64,000 nucleotides of DNA from Octopus sinensis (taxonomy: Eukaryota). The stretch spans positions 49,228,001-49,292,000 of the forward strand of contig NC_043015.1 of assembly GCF_006345805.1 (NCBI RefSeq), written 5' to 3'. How positions within the stretch are numbered: position 1 is the stretch's first letter; each line of letters opens with the position of its first letter. The notes beneath the pieces were generated by a model that saw only the letters and a list, made by a program, of their open reading frames with translations, ran no database searches and was not told the origin of the DNA. Positions 63,290 to 64,000 of the stretch are shown piece by piece. A program made the position numbers and the translations under genes.

Positions 63290-63693
63290 TCTAAACCTGT
63301 TGTAACAAATATTTTAACAGTTACTAAGATATCTAATGTAGCAAACCCTAACAAGTCTTAATTACTTAACAACCTAACCCTGTCATGCCATATTCCTGCT
63401 ACAGCAGAAATAACCTAAATATAATCTCTACCAGATTCCCATTAAAGCAGTAATGAACATAGAAAAATAAATTAAAATACTAAAATTATACGACTGTTCA
63501 CATTGCAGCTTTGTAGTCAAGTGTGTTTATAACTCATTTGTTAATGGTGTCCTCCACAGCTGGTGTTTACTTTTGTTTTTAATAAAATAAAGACAATGAT
63601 TTTGCAATGAAATGAGTGTGTGATGAACTCTGTACTTTGTCTCGTAAATGAGAAAGAACTAGGCTCTTGTCGTTGAGAAAATTACTGAAGATG

Positions 63694-63838
63694 TTTATTC
63701 TTTGGACAAGAAGTGAGCAAGAATTTCAATCAGTTTATCTTTACACAGACGGTGAGAGTGCCATTTATTCTTTGGACAAGACGTGAGCAAGAGTTTCAAT
63801 CAGTTTACCCTTACACAGATGGTGAGAGTGCTATTTAT
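63694..63838. repeat. 70-bp tandem repeat, two copies
   Basis: tttattctttggacaag at 63694 and 63764. Confidence 0.9.
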
Positions 63839-64000
63839 GCATCAAATGAGGTTCATCATGCTGAGTTGACTGGTATACTAAGGCAGAATACTAGCAGAAG
63901 TTGAGAAGCAAATCCTACTATTGTTATTCTCTCTCTTTACTCTTTTACTTGTTTCAGTCATGTGACCGTGGCCATGCTGGAGCACCGCCTTTAGTCGAGC

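Overview
AT-rich, repeat-saturated eukaryotic genomic DNA. The SINE families and microsatellite load resemble octopus/cephalopod DNA (inference). The only host gene found is the 3' two-thirds of a plasma-membrane Na+/H+ exchanger (SLC9A/NHE1-3 type) on the minus strand. Eleven exons (62920 down to 19349) have GT-AG boundaries and splice in one continuous frame; a probable twelfth, terminal exon lies at 7978-7801. The 5' exons lie beyond the window end. The introns hold a Penelope-like retroelement (RT + GIY-YIG), CR1, RTE and R4/Dong LINE remnants, mariner/pogo/hAT/piggyBac MITEs, two Helitron-like elements, several tRNA-derived SINE families, satellites and local duplications. Best leads: (1) several hammerhead ribozyme folds, including one canonical motif and a family joining a tRNA-type Pol III head to a hammerhead tail; (2) a CR1 (TAAC)n tail at the branch-point position of an NHE exon; (3) a 2.7 kb foldback built from 158-bp repeats; (4) a Helitron carrying a piggyBac transposase fragment; (5) Asp at the position equivalent to NHE1 Glu346. 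Nearly all ORFs in the supplied track are microsatellite or repeat artefacts. All alignments and folds were done by eye.
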